In this document: piece after piece, positions 23,173 through 37,825 of the stretch
Layout of the letters: every line of letters begins with the position of its first letter
Position numbering within the stretch: the first letter of the stretch is position 1
Assembly: GCA_977030845.1 (NCBI GenBank)
Contig: OZ365113.1
Location: 19,840,001-19,904,000, forward strand
Source of the DNA: Fimbriosthenelais zetlandica
Lineage: Eukaryota
DNA length: 64,000 bases
Direction: 5' to 3'
Notes under the pieces: generated by a model
What the model saw: the letters and a program-made list of their open reading frames with translations, nothing else
What the model was told of the DNA's origin: nothing
Databases searched by the model: none
Position numbers and translations under genes: made by a program

Positions 23173-25735
23173 CTCTCGCATCCAACCAAACACATTCGGA
23201 TCCCTGTGATGATGAGAGAACCGTAGTATTAAATATTCACCTACGTTCCCTTTGAGTTTGACTGAATGCAATAACTTAAAAAAAGGTTCTCTCGGCACTG
23301 TGCCAGTTAGTTAAGTGGTTAATAGGTTAAAGTGTGGGGTGCAGGAGAAGGGGTCATCGATCGGTCTTTTTGGACCTTGTCCAGCAAACGCCTCTTACCC
23401 ATGGTATTGTATGCACATTGGTCACGTCTGCCAAAACATGGACAAAATCAATTCCCAAGTGAAACCAGCTTCATTTGAATAATGCCTACAACCTCCACCT
23501 ATGACAGACGTTCTGGTCAGAGGAAATGAACCGTGAAAACTCGGAGGAACCACTAATCAAGATTCCATTCTCCGTCATCGTGCGTCTTCTGAATTTTAAA
23601 GAATTATTACTTGGGTGGTCTACCCCCCTTTGAGTTTGATATTTTGACTTTTTTTACCGTTGAAGTAAAAAGAAACAATGAGGAGCTAAAGGCCATTTAT
23701 ATTTAGTTAGTGATGATGGAGTAAGGTCGAGTGGAGAAGGACTTCGACCTTTAACTTGCCAAGTTTTCTTCTTTCCCAAGTCCTGCAGGAAGGATGAGTA
23801 ATGGGGGAGTGTCACAACCAAGGTTAAGTCTAGACTTAACTTGGGGTTATTTGTCACGGACATGCCCCTTTAACGAGGATAAAAAGAATCTAACTGTCAT
23901 TGTGGGAAATATATACCCTTAATTAGACTCATAACCCGGAGGCTAAAACAGACCCTGTTTCTGTTTGGCGTCATTCATTAATGAGCGGGCAAAAATATAA
24001 CTTGCCCCGAGAGGAAATTTGAGGTTGGTTGTCAGTCATTAACAATACTAATGTAGGATACTTTCGTGAATATGATACATCTATATTTATGCCGACTGTA
24101 TATAATTATTTATGCAGAGGTGGTGAATATATTTTGGAAGTAAGAGAATATTCATAGATAGTATTTTACTCTGTTCTATTGTTCAGTCTGGTGTCCTGTG
24201 TCACATGACAGCAATTGTATGTGCCTACGTGATCTTGAATTAAATGAATTTTAAGGGTTTTTGCTCAGATGTGTTCATGATCTGTGGGCAGAAATAAGTG
24301 TTTCAGTGTATTTTGCTACACAACCTTTCAATGCCCTTTAACTTGCTTCTAAAATGTTAGAAAACTGGGTTGAATGGCTTCAGATCAGAGAGTAGAACTA
24401 GAGGGCTTAGACAACCCGGAGAACTATGTCACCAACTAGAGCTGTCTTCCAAGTCCCCTCATTTTAGATCGTATATTGGTTTCATTCATTGCGCGGCTCT
24501 GTCCCTGCTCATGTCTAAAGTCAGGTTTAGGGACATGTATATTGACATCTCCACCTGTCAATTGCTATTAGCTACAGTCTTGTGTAAGGACCATATAGCA
24601 GCAGGAAGTCTGGATTGTGGAATTGAGATGCTGACAGTGATAATAACCACGCCTGTCCTTCTCATTACAATTTGTGAACAAGACAATTGAAAAAGAATCC
24701 AGAGCCAGATATCTAGATAGTCCAGATGGGGAGCAAAGCCAGATATCCGATTAGTTTTCCATTACGGAGGCTCCCATACTTCAATCGTTGTTGGCAGAAT
24801 AACCAAATTAAAGCTCTTGTGCAATCTTTTTCTATGGCAAATTTACGACAATTTATTGAGGTTCTTTCCCTCAGTTCAATTACACAGAGTTGGAGTAATT
24901 GACCTCTGGCCAATAATTCAACTTGCTTATTGTATTGAAGTCATTTAATCCAGTAAAACTGGCAATCAGCGTAAGGAAGAAATAGCCCAATCATTTAAAC
25001 TTCTAGCAAGACTCTGAGATACTTGACATTTGAATTATTGTCGCTGATTATTTAGAACTATTCACGTCAAGGTAACTTTGTATAAATTGTGTTGAATTAC
25101 GACAGCCAAATGTTTCCCTTATCAGGATCAATCCGCTGCCTAACAATATACCATTCAATGGTCGTTTCTCTTAACATTTTTTCCGTAATTGCTACCTTTC
25201 CTGGATTGTCCTGTTCAGACATAAACGGAATACCATCTCATGACATGATGATTTATTGTGTTCTTTTAATACCAGATGATGGGGAAGACTGCCTGCTTCA
25301 GACTAGCTAACAGACTAATTTTAGGTTGGTAGTCCAACTTTTGTTACAGCCTCCCGTGAAGTTTATTTGCCCGTATATCTGTACATGAACATCTAATGGT
25401 TTGTTAGAGACGTGTTGAAGGTGAATGATCACAATGTCTGAAATACATAAAAAGCGAGGCGTGTCTGATTTAATATTTATGTGAATTCTTGTTGAAATTT
25501 GATAATACATGTATGTGCCTTTAGGGATGGGGACCTTTTTGTTTGGACAATAGTACATTTTTACCTGTCCCAGTTTATATACATTTTACTGACTTTTCAC
25601 ATAAAAAACATTTGAATTGAAAAAAGTCCTGACATCATCATTAATTGTATAGTATGATACACTAGTGAGCAGATGGGTACAGTATCTACTTTCCATTCTT
25701 TTACGGATACAGACTTGCTTGTTGTTCCATTCATT

Positions 25736-25793
25736 TGTTTGCCTTTTACAGCTTTGCTTTCATGTGTTTGCCTTTTACAGTTTTGCATTCATT
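25736..25793. repeat. 29-bp tandem duplication
   Basis: tgtttgccttttacagctttgctttcatg / tgtttgccttttacagttttgcattcatt. Confidence 0.85.
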
Positions 25794-27833
25794 CGTTTGT
25801 TTTTTAACGTTTTCAAACTCAAAATAATCTTCTATCGTTTGGGGGAAAAACCTCAATCCCAATCTTCCACGAAGCCCTTAATCAACCTGTCCTAACCTTT
25901 TGATCAAGAAAGCCATTCAGGAAATTCCTGTGGTTATCTGATTCCTCACCGAGAGTTGGTTGAAGGTGTTTTAAAAGCGTTTCCTGACAAGATCAACCTT
26001 AACTACAGAGTTATTACTGGGAACTATTATCTATGGTACATACTTTGTATATATATATTGCTCTGGTGTCCATCTGATATCTAATTCTATTCATTTGGGG
26101 AGGATCGAGTCTATAGTGGTATTATGCCTTGCAGGCTATATAAGCCCCCGCCATAATAAAGATATAATCTCAGAGGGAAAGTTTCTGAATCTTTATGGTC
26201 ACGATTTATGGTTAATAGGTAAAACATATGATAGATGGACATTTCACAATTGTTGGTCAAATATAAACTACTTCTATCTATATTGACTCGGAGATGGATT
26301 TGATTTCAGGTGGCAATGGAAAATAGAAAAAGATCCCCAGATTATTTTTGAGGGTGGGGTGCCAGTTGCTATAAAAACCCTTAAATGCAATTACTGTAGT
26401 CGACTAAAAAACGATGCTTCAGTATGAGATCATAAACCCTGCTGCTACGCCTTCCCCTGTGATGTATGCTCCCCTATTTAAATGAATAACACAGCTCCAT
26501 TATTATCTATTAAATATTGGAGCGATAAACACTAATGGAATTTTCGCCCCATGCAGACTGGAGAAATTAAATGGTAATTACAATCCTGCTATTATTAAAT
26601 TTGACTCCTGGGCGGCAACTGCCATTAGGGTGCACTGCCTTTCTAGTCTCTGTTTGGTTGATTTTGGTTATTAGAATGTTTTTGGTCATTTTTGACAAAG
26701 GTGTACTCTGATTGAAGCATTAATCTACCCATGAGGACACAGGTGTATGGCGACTTTACCTGTATGTCAACCCAGGTGGTCAGAAATGCTTGGCAGTGTG
26801 TTCTGATCATCACCCAGGGACTGGTTGAATGTAGAGCTATGCTCAAAGCCTGTAACTTGTAGGAGATGGATTGAATGATGGACTGTAAGACACAGTGAAA
26901 TATAACTTGATATCATATGCTTATAGTATTATTAGTCCACCCATCCTTTTATATGTGCGTAGCCATAGGTTCTATATGGCTTAGTGAAATTCAATCTCTC
27001 ATTTTGAATGACACTCTGTTGCTGATTTTAGTCGCGTTATCGAGTGTATCCAGCTTTTTGGAGTGGTATCTTTCATTGAATTTCTGAGTGGCAAGCAAAT
27101 ATGAAAAATAGACTTCTCTTGGGAAAGTGAAATCTTCCATCGAAACCACGATACTGGCCACTTCCACTGTATTATAAGGGAATAGTAGGCTACTTGTCTG
27201 TACTTGGCTTTACAGTTGTCCCATGCAGTCATTTTCTCCAGAGAAAAAGTTAATCCCTCTAAAAACAGACTGCATTAATAATTCAAAATTATAGAAGGTG
27301 CTTTCAATGCGGGAACAAAACATAATCTTGACGATGAAAGGCACGACTGGGGATAGAATTACCTCCCAGGAGAAATGTACCTATAAAACACGGAAAATCC
27401 TATAGTCTGTGTCAGTTTGGATTTAGAGTGGAACGCCATAGGCTCGGCATGAGAAGCTTTGTGTTCTGCTATATTAGACACGGGTTGACAAGGAGTATAT
27501 CCAGTAGCTTCCAGCCATTGAAGCTCTAGACTTTCCATGGACTGAAACTTAAAGAGGCTCGCTGCCATAAGCTGCTGTATACATAAATACTGCATTATGA
27601 TTACCTGTCACATCCTTAGATATCTACACGCACGGCTTGTGTCTGCAACCGCTATTCTCAGGCATAGCTTGTGCCAACATGGGTTTTGTTTTTTCCCAAA
27701 TTTTCCAAAATATTATTGCTGTACATATATGGGTGCCATGGGTTCGTCTTTTGATGACCGTTGCCACTTAGACCTCCACATATATGAGGGCATCTAAATC
27801 TGACTTATTATCCCCGAGGGGAGCAGTGAAACG

Positions 27834-27854
27834 CCCCCCCCCCTCCCCCCACCC
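27834..27854 (-). repeat. C-rich tract / G-quadruplex-capable motif on - strand
   Basis: C10-T-C6-A-C3. Confidence 0.6.
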
Positions 27855-30135
27855 TGCATGCTACCATTCAATGTCTTTAAACATACAGTTGTTTGCAAAG
27901 CAATAGTGACACTTGTAAACAAGGTCTAAACATATAGGGGCAATTGAATTCCTGATGTCTTCCAGGTGTGTGACAAGAAAATGGTAGACTTCACAAATGG
28001 CTACTAAACATGGGGAGGCTCACAACAAAGTCTAGCATTGTCCACCATTGATATAGATGAAGGAAACACTCATGCTTACCAATCACCTTGACTTTTCTGA
28101 ACTTCATTGCTTCATAGATTTCAAACCAAAATATTCCCATGCAGAACTTTCTTACCCGTGGGAATTTTTCTGCAGCATTACCATCCAATTTTATTAAAAT
28201 TTTGCTGGAGGCAACGCTTGCCTTACATCATTGAAGTCAATTAATTACTATATGATAAATGGAAATGCCTTATGTTGTCTTCATCGCATTAAGTACCGGT
28301 ACCCCACATCACTGCTAAGTTCAGTCTCCGCTCGCCATCGTATCTCTCAAAAGTGCACAATTATAGGGGATTACATTATCATCCTGAACTAATACACTTC
28401 TTTAGCTTTCCAATCAAAAGTAAAAGTTTCCTCTGGAAGAGGCTCAGGAAATAACTACCTGAAATGGGATTACACCCGGGCTAGATTTAATCGATGGCAG
28501 TGGTTGGATCACTTAAGAAGCCCATGCAATTTATATGCCGTTAGAGCCCATCGTTGAAGGTATTGAACGCAATTTCTTTTTGCGCAAATTTAATTTTAAT
28601 ATTTGATGGATGGGATTAGAAGAGAGTTGAATGCACCCAGCCACTGTTATCTCTTGCACATTTTATATATAGACCACATTGAGAGTGAAGGGCGAATAGA
28701 TCCTTCATATATCTTTTTCTGACTTTCCCCTAGGTTTTAATCGATTGTCTGCATGGTGACAGAACAGACCAGGGTGATTTTATGAAAACAAATAGAGCCA
28801 GTTCATTGTCTAATATAGGTCTGCAATACCTTTTGACCTTGGAGGATTGCATCAAAACCGTCACTTCCGAGGTAAGAGTTGGAGCAGCCTTGGAATATTA
28901 GATCCACCATAATACTCCTGACCAGTTGTGGGAGACGGCGGATGATACTATAAGCCAGCTTCTATAATGTGCTGCTTGTATTGTGCAACTAGTTGTTAGC
29001 TGTTTTATCATAGCATCTATCTATTTTGCTATGTTACCACGGCTTGCAGACTATCATTATTAAATTGGATATTGGATCTATGCTTCTCCCCCACCAGAAC
29101 ACGCTGGCTGGCAGGCCACACTGTGCAGACATAGATCCCCATCTGGGCCAGTCGTAAAACCTCATTTACAGGCCACAACTTAAATTCCCTAACATTAAAG
29201 TGGAAAACAGCCCAGCCTCCATGGCCTTTTTGATCCAAACTGGCATGGTACATCTTTGTTGAAGTACCCGCTAACTCAACTCCAACATGCATTCTTCTAT
29301 AAATCATTTTAAAGTTATAACTTGTTGCAGTAATTAAGAGCTCCAAGTACATTCAAGGGTTTGAGGAGTTGGTGCAAGCAATGCCAATATTAACTGTAAT
29401 GTCTACATCTCGCAGACTTCATTCTAATATCTGGCTGTGTAGTGTAGGCAGGGTGACTATGTGATGTGTGATATCTGAGGCTTGATTGTTCATATGCATA
29501 CATCAGCCATGTTTGACGATATACACATTCCTCTCTCATCTATTGCTTCCTATGCTGGAGCCAAGGAATGATTGTGACGAGTTCTCGCTGTTACCTTTCT
29601 ACTTGCTTGTTTGCCCTCTGCGTAGAGTGCCATCGTTCCCCACCAAGATCATACAAGCCATTGTTGACAGAGACAACACTAAGTAGATGTCATCTGAGCC
29701 AATACCTGCAAAGACATCCCATCTAAACACACAGAAAAACATTTGGTCAGACTTCTAACCACAGTCCAAGCCTCTGTATATCATGTACCTGACCTCGACC
29801 CAGTTCAAGGTTCAACTTTGACCTGTTGAATATGACCTTTTCGACCTGGCCCAGGTTCTGAAAATTTTCTGGGACTGTTGACATCCTGAACATGGACCAG
29901 GCATGGAATAGAGTCCATGTATTTGCCTTTCTCACTGGTGTGTATTAGGAATTTGAGCGTAGCGTTGTTGATTTTATATTTAAAGCTATTTATCCAGCCG
30001 TTTTGTGCACCTTGCTGGGCTGTCCATAGGTACAAAAGCATTGATTTCAGCAGGACGGGCTTGTTTGTAAATAAATGGGTTTGCAGGATGTAACCTGAGT
30101 TAGCAGGTGAAAACCTGACATCATTCCCGCTGGCA

Positions 30136-30139
<4 letters not shown>

Positions 30140-30191
<52 letters not shown>
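30140..30191. repeat. (AT)n microsatellite, ~26 units
   Basis: Perfect AT dinucleotide run read directly. Confidence 0.98.
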
Positions 30192-30194
<3 letters not shown>

Positions 30195-30752
30195 CCTCCT
30201 CCCTCTTGTGTACTATATGCCCATGAACAACCACTGGAAGAATATATCCAAGGTTGGCTAATTTCAGCGATGACATGAAAGAAATGTGTTTACTTTCTGT
30301 GTCTGTGCTGGCTTACAAATGTGCCCATGTTGTCCTACCACATGTATTCATGCCCCGGCGCACCTGTGTACCTGTAATTTCAAACAAGGATTTCTGGAAG
30401 AGGCTTATACTCTGATCCAACCCGGGATCCAACCTCCCACATCCTTCTTACCATTCTTCTCTCAATCCATCCTTTCTGTCTTTTATCAATTGTATTATGA
30501 TATATTTTATGCCAGGTGATTATATTTTAGACCTAAGCCTGAGGTCACAGCTGTTTGCCTCTTCTAACCTGAACAAATATCTCATCGATCAATTGAGATA
30601 AAATATCATCCCACTAACCTTGGAAGAAGAAGTGCACTGCTATTTGTAAACACAGAAAGATAAATATTTCCAAGGATGTGGGGACTGAACTGTTTTGGCC
30701 TCAGAAAAGCCCTCGAGGTAGAGAGAAGGAGGGAGAGAGTCCATCATCTCAC

Positions 30753-30832
30753 CTGAGCTCCGTGCCTCCCAAACATGTCAGCTTTGATAGATCGGAGCCG
30801 ACGAGAACAATGCTCGAATTTCACATGCAAAC
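30753..30832 (-). other. Candidate 80-nt exon on - strand
   Basis: Acceptor gagatattttcttgcag|GTT and donor CAG|GTGAGA, both near consensus; CpG-containing body. One open frame (LHVKFEHCSRRLRSIKADMFGRHGAQ) with no recognisable homology. Confidence 0.35.
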
Positions 30833-33800
30833 CTGCAAGAAAATATCTCATTCATCATCCTCTCCCTAAGTCACTTCCATACTTGTCCTTTTTATGTAAA
30901 ACCCTCCAAAGTCAGATGAGAAAATAGTGAGGAGGAGGTGGTTAAAATTCTTAATTGATGAATGTTGCTGCCTGGAGGTTTAAAAAAAAAAAATATCGTA
31001 TCGTACTTATCGCCTGCAGAAATATATTTCTCACATTACATTTTAGTATCTTCTTACTGATCCAATGAATAGCTCTTAATATATGATTCTTTGTTAATGA
31101 CTCTGCCATGATTATGGCATTTTAATTTAATTTACACGATTTCTAATTTGTAATTTGATCTCCTTGCAGGTATGTGTTCATTTTAACGAGGATGAGGAAA
31201 GTGGAACAATGTTTTGTAAGTAGAGAATCTTCGGTCAACCTTACTCCTGTAGTTTTGCTTGTACTTCGCAATCTCTTGTAAGGCGTCCAAAAAAAGAAAA
31301 TTAAATGTGTACAATGGTCTTACGGCCTTCCTGGATAAATCCAAAACAAATACCAGCAGACATCTTAACTCACTCTGGCTCCTTGTGCCACGTTCCTCAA
31401 TCTCTCTACACCTTAGGCGTGAGGGGACCGCTGTTGTTTCATCTTAGACGTCTTTTCTCCTTACTTTATAGGGAAATTTATGATCCTCTATAACTCTTGC
31501 TTTATTCGCCTCATGTTCATTACAACTTTATGGTCCATGGACCAGATCTGAGATGTATTGACTTGAAACGTAGTGGCGTGCTATAGCCACTGTAGACTAA
31601 TTGAGTCCAAGAGATAAATTCTCTTAAAGCACACAAGAGAATCACCTCTTCCACAGGCACACCCTTGTATAAAGTGTTTTATTCCACTCTCTATACACTC
31701 TGCGGAGGTTCATTATAAAACAATGAAACTACTCTTTGTAAACCATTTCTAGGTCGTGCCTCCAGACCGGGACAAATTATCCCCAAAGGTTTCCCTTTAC
31801 TGGGGTCAATTGATTGTTGAACGCACCAAGATCCCCAGGGCTCTTTCTCCCACTTTAACTCCTTTCAAGGGTTCAGAAAATACCCTGGTAATACACTAAC
31901 ATAATTAATGCCTTTGCCACAAGGCCTAAATGGCTTTCTAAAAGAGAAGACTAAAGAAGACCTGTGTGCCTAAGTAAGATATATAGTTCAAAGAATATTT
32001 CTACTCTGATATAGGAGGTTATTTATGGTTTTTCAGATGGTGGGATGCTGGAGCTCTATATTTCTTAAAGAATGGTTGGTTTAAATTTAAGAGAAAACAA
32101 AGACAGTCCTTGAGAGACAATATATTGATAAACATGGCTGCCATGCCTAGATAAATTGTTGCAGATCAATATCTTATAGACATATATATAGGGCAATTTT
32201 AAAGCTATGAATATTGAATGGATCGGTTCACATGCAATACTCATAGAACATCAAATGTTTTAAAACATTAAGATCAGATCTATACAAGCATCCCTTTATT
32301 CCTCTAGTTTGATGGATGACCTTTCAATATTGAATGAAGATAACCTCATACCAGAGTTCTTAGAGATAATTGCAGTATCAAGGCAGTTCCTTTTATTCGG
32401 GGGTTTCTGTATGGCTTGTCATCGAACCCTGAAAACTATGTCTTGTGAGAGGGGATTTACAGGGTGATAAATTGGTCATTGACACTTTGTTATTCAGTCT
32501 TACAGACACACATACCTTAACGCTAGCCTTTCCCCTTTCCTCGAGCATTCCTGCCTCCATCCTCTTCCTGCATTTGCCACCTGCTGCAATCCCACTTTTC
32601 CCTTCTTAGGTTACATGAATGGAGGAAGAGAAGCTTGAAAGCCGATTTTATCTAAGTCATGCCTCTGCTTCTCTAATTGAAGTATTTTTGCGCAGAAAAA
32701 TGCTTTGTGCAGCGGCACTGAAAACTAATCTCCACAGACAAATTGATGTACCACTTATAATATCTAAATCATTTTCACTTCGAGTAAACCCCGCCCTCCC
32801 CCCAACACCAAAAAAGGAACATTTCAACATAACAGAACAAAAAAGAAAAAGAAAATATATATGCACATGTAGAAAATAATGCATACCGTCTAGATTTGTC
32901 GTCCTTTGCCTGTGGTGAGGCTATTACATGCACATTGTCATCTTTGTAATAATTGTGTCACCAACCCTACCCATGCCATTAGCGTGTCGGCAATATCAAA
33001 AGGTAAGTAAATGACTTTGGGGAAGCTCGCCCTTTGAATGGGAGAAAATTCGTTCATTCATGCCTTCCTTCAGAGATGCAACATCTCTGCAGTGATTTAA
33101 GACTACAACAACTGGAGGGCACGTCTTTTGATGTTCTACCATACAACCTTTCCCCCAGTGAACATACGATAACAAGACAAATCTGAGAGTGAAATGGCGA
33201 GGCTTCTATCTTTTCCTCTGGTGATAACCCCTCACAGAAAGGAGAAAGATTGAGAGGAATAATGGATGTCGGGGGATCCTCTCCAGACCCTCTCCTTTCT
33301 AGGTCCTCCCTCCCTGCCCCCCTGATGGGGTTTGATTGAACATGAAGAGCTCCGCTAGTCCACGCAGGGAAAAATTGTAGCTTGGATTACTCTTTCTCAG
33401 GGGCACACAAGGACATGGTTTACTGGTCTGGAAAGACATCAGCTTCCGATAGAACAGAGAATCTGACATGATCCTAACTGCACTCGGCATTCACTTGACT
33501 ATTATACTCTCCTGGTCTTGTCCGAAATTTTATTTATGTGTCAGAAGAAAGCCGAATACAAATTGAAAAGGTTTTTCTTCCCTGAGGTCTCTGATTGCAA
33601 AACACAACACAGATTTGATTGGAAGAAATGCCCCTGTGGTGGCATAGGACTATTTTGGTATACAGAGATTTTGGATAACAATCTAGCAAGGGATATTTCC
33701 ATACCTTGCAATATCTATATTCCTGTTAAGATGGAGATTTTGATGGGCAAAAAGGCAATCTGGGAGAAGCCATCCATTTTCTGCCATAGATGGATTGCCA

Positions 33801-35799
33801 AAAGGGCTGACTGGAAAATCGCATAATGGATTAATGCAATATAAGCCTTCTTGTACAGATGGAACTTTTTTCCTCTCCCAGTTCCCCTACATAAGTTTCT
33901 ATGTCGTGGCCAGTTTCAGTTAACAAATGCTCTTTTGTGACCTCCGCCTGCTAGATCTTTTTTCTTGACTTTGGAAAATGTCACGGAGGGGCTTGGTGAG
34001 GTCTCACGTGACACATGTAGAGGACCCAGATGCTGCTCTTACTATCCCCTCCTCTTGTTCTGGCGTGTACAAACAGCGAAAAGTAATGGAGGCAGAGAGC
34101 AAGTGTCACCCCAAATATTGATATCTTTCTCTTCCTTCTCGTGAATATGCTGTTTTTTGTACTTGCACACTTTCCACTGCCAAGGAACTCTTTTCGTGTG
34201 ATCCTTCTGTGGCTGTGTGGATAGCTGCATGCTTGTACTCTTATTTTCCTTTTTATATTTTTCTGCACAAATGTTTCGACTTGATTATTTATTCTTCCTT
34301 TCAAATCATTATTCACATTTGGTGTTTATTCATCCTTTATAAAAATAAAGGTGTTTTCTGGTCCTTTCTTTTTATTTGGTGTTTTATTAAGCCTGAAAAG
34401 AATAAAAGTGATTGGACTCAGTACCAAACCTTTGAGTTCTTCGCTTCAACATTTGTCACCCCTTTTGTTTTAGGTAACGGTTTTACAGCAGTTCTGCATG
34501 GTACTTACACCCTGGATGTGTCTTTATGGAGAAAAGGGGGTTTCGATAAGTCTCTAATCACAAATAATAGCTCCACTCCAGTAAGGTCGAGGGGGACACA
34601 GCAGCAGTAAATCGTAACTAATGTGTATGGATAGGACAGTCCCCATCTGGTCTGGCTCAACTAGTCTTTTCCTGTGGCTAAGCCCTGCCGGAGGGCAGGA
34701 GAATAGATCATCATTGCAGGCTGATTACCATCGTTACATATAAATATATCATGCCATATGTATAGATGCTCCTGCATATATCTATAACACAGAGGCGCTT
34801 CTGACTTTGTGGACCATCAGGCACTGGAATATAGATTATTCCATTCTCCCCCATTCCAAGTTCCAGATCGATGGGTTGAAACTGCATACAAGTGGATTTA
34901 TATATATTTGTCTGTATTGCCATTGGCTTGACTTCAGCCTTCAAATCTGTGGCGTCAGTCTGATGCATTTGCAGTACGTGATTGTGAATATCTCTATACT
35001 TAGTATTATAACCTATGCATGTGATCATGATTGTGCATATATGCCCAGATGCGCTCAATAATATTATTGATTGTCCCGGATGATTGGAGATCACCTGAAT
35101 CTAGTTGTTTTCCATAATTTTAATGAATTCGTGCAACCACTTTGCGAAAGTGATTAATGGGAATGGTCATTTCCCCCCATTTCACCACTTTCGTTTTATA
35201 CAGGAACTTGTATTTTTGTGGTCGCTATTTCAGAAGTTTCCCTCATCCTCCCTCATCCGTCTGAGCCCAGGATATGCCCATTCACCCGAAAGAAATTTTG
35301 CGCCTGCCATGATCGCCCGTGATGGGGCTGAACTTTAATCATGTCTGGCCAGCCTTTGCCCATCCGTCTTGGCCACTGTTTCTTGATGGTTCCCAGATCT
35401 GTTGTTAAATGCGGGCAGCCTATGTCTTCTATTAGATCCTGCAGGCCACTTGAGGGACCCTGCCACCAGGGCTTTATGTTATAAATATCCCTAAATATTA
35501 CACACAATCATAATTGGGTGGCGGTGTTAATCACCGAGCAGGCTAAGGGATAATTCCCCAGGAGACGATCCTATTTGTTTCCAATCTCAGGCCCCTGCCA
35601 TGAAGAAACCTGTAATGGGTGCAGAGCGAGATGTATTGGACGGTATCTGTCCGGATCAACCCGCCATTCTTGTGTGCTTGATTGTATCAGGGGGAGGAAA
35701 TCACCCTGCATACATCCTCTCCTACCCATTTAATTACATATTCAAGACATGTTTCATGTCAGCATTTAGCCGCAATGCGTGACTAATGCAGAAGGTAAA

Positions 35800-36800
35800 G
35801 GCTATGAAAGAGAGTAGCTCTGGAGGAAGCAAACATTGCAGTGAAAAGCTGTAGGACGACTGGAGGCCTTTACTCTCCACCTCCTGTGGCTAACACCTGC
35901 ATGTGCGATAAGTAGCCACCAATTGCTTTCCTCCCCCGGGTCATAAAACAACTCTGGAGGAAAAACTCGAGGCAGGAATGAAGAAGAAGAAGCGCATCCT
36001 TTCTCTGGTGTTTGCAGTTTTGGTGGGCAATAAGTTGATGTTGAGTAGCGGGTCAGTGAGAGGCTCTCATACATAGCAATAGGAGGAAGCTGGGATAAGA
36101 GGGATGATTGAGTGAGGATGGCTGCAGGAGGCACCCCAGCTCTGTCCTCTGGGATGCAATCTGCTCGAAACTATATATTTATCACCAGTACTAGTTCCAC
36201 ATCCTAAAACATCTTTAGGATGTCTGGACCGGGTGTGTGTATGACAGTTTGATTGCTTGATGGATTCACTCTTGACTCGGACTGGAATTCCTACAGCTAT
36301 GCTAAGGAATATCAGCCGTTCCCTCATGGCTTGGCGGAGGTCATAAAGAACATAAGTAAAAGTATATTTGCCTTTTACCCAGCCTGTGTCAGGACATAAT
36401 CTTTCTTGGATGATCCTTAACTTGTTATTTATATGAAGTTTTATTGGAAAACGTCCACCATCTTAGTTTATGTACCTCACTCACTGATGATGGGAACTTT
36501 ATGTTGCGTTCCTGCTTCCCTCGCGTCGTTTGGAAGGGAATTCTTCTTTTATCCCCGATTGCCTTTTTGTGGCTTTCCCAACGGTTCCTTGCTCCCACCA
36601 TTGATACTCTCACCATTGATACCCTTCCTGATCCACTTGGTGAAAAGGTTCTAGAAGCCACTCCTCTAAAGCTCTGCAGGTTCAGATACATTTGGTTAAA
36701 AGGAAGATTTGCTGATGACTTTCATGAAATAGACTTAGCCAAAGATTCAGTAGATGGGGTCTGCATTCCATGTGGATTTATTTAGACTTCGAATCCATTC
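35800..36800 (+). mobile_element. Possible highly decayed reverse-transcriptase relic (DIRS/Ngaro-like?)
   Basis: One interrupted + frame gives GPGVCMTV*LLDGF...YQPFPHGLA (36310-36336)...VRT*SFLDD (36403-36414), loosely in the order of DL.DAY / LPFGL / YLDD, but with spacing ~4 aa short and many stops. Internal 15-bp duplication at 36596-36625. Confidence 0.2.
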
Positions 36801-37825
36801 TCAGAAAATGTGAATTATTTGGCTGTCCTTATTGATGAACCTTTCTTGATAGATATTTATTCTGCATCAGCAGTAAATCTTTTCTGCTTGAAGAGAATGA
36901 AGGATGAAGATAAGTAGATCTTTGAACATTTTAATTTGTGGCCAATCGGGTGAAATAATGGGAGAGGCCACTTTCCATGTCCTTATCAGAATCAGAAGGA
37001 CGCACACAGACCGATGTCACTTCTGGAAATTTTGTTAAAAGGCGATGTAGCAATTAAGGAGAAATTGCATCTTCTTTTACTTCAGACTACACAGAAGCAC
37101 CGGTTCTTTTTTAATTTTTGAGGGGCCATGCAGGGCATCTATATGTGAAACCCAGTCTGGAAAACATTCACATTTGTTGTTTCAACAAGGTTATGAATTA
37201 TTGGGATTTCCACAGAAAGTATTTGGCCCTATCTAGTCTGACAATCTTCAAAGATTGCTTTTCCTTAGCAACACCAGGCATGGGAGGTTGTTTCCATAGC
37301 AACCAGCATGAACACCCCTCACCTCGTGCAAGAACTCTTCTGATCCTGCGTCCCAAATTACTACTTCTCCTCTCATCTGGAGAGGTTAGCCCAACTCAAA
37401 TACCATTGGTTTTGATCTGTCTCTGAAAAAGTAAATAATCTTTTCCTTTAGAAAAAGCCATCTCTGAAATTAACCCTCTTTGGGAAAATTTAGATGGAGG
37501 AAAACAGCGAATAGGCCTGTCTCTTGATTACTGGGATTATCTTGAAATAAAATCCCTTCTCCAACAAAATATGCCCAGTATGATTTATACATGAGGTGCA
37601 CTGGAGCGCCCTCTCACTGCCCGTCTTCAACCTGCACTTTTAACCAATTCACATCCGTGGGGAAATAATGGCGTTTGAAAGCTGGCTTGGTTTGCTGCGC
37701 TTTTATCCACGCCATTAAATCCCTTATGGCATTTCGGACCTTTTGTGCCTACAGTTTGCCTCCAGTGTTGAATAAAAAATAATAATAAAAGCTTTCGATC
37801 TTTATGTTTGCTGCCTTTCTCCGAT

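Noticed and set aside
31170-31215. Plus-strand 46-nt exon-like segment (ttgcag|GTATG...TTTT|GTAAGT)
   Set aside because: Good splice signals, but neither frame resembles the next BRD7 block.
35045-35065. NIIERIW resembling the Tc1/IS630 NPIENLW motif
   Set aside because: No upstream SPDL or other transposase motifs; stop codon 9 codons later.
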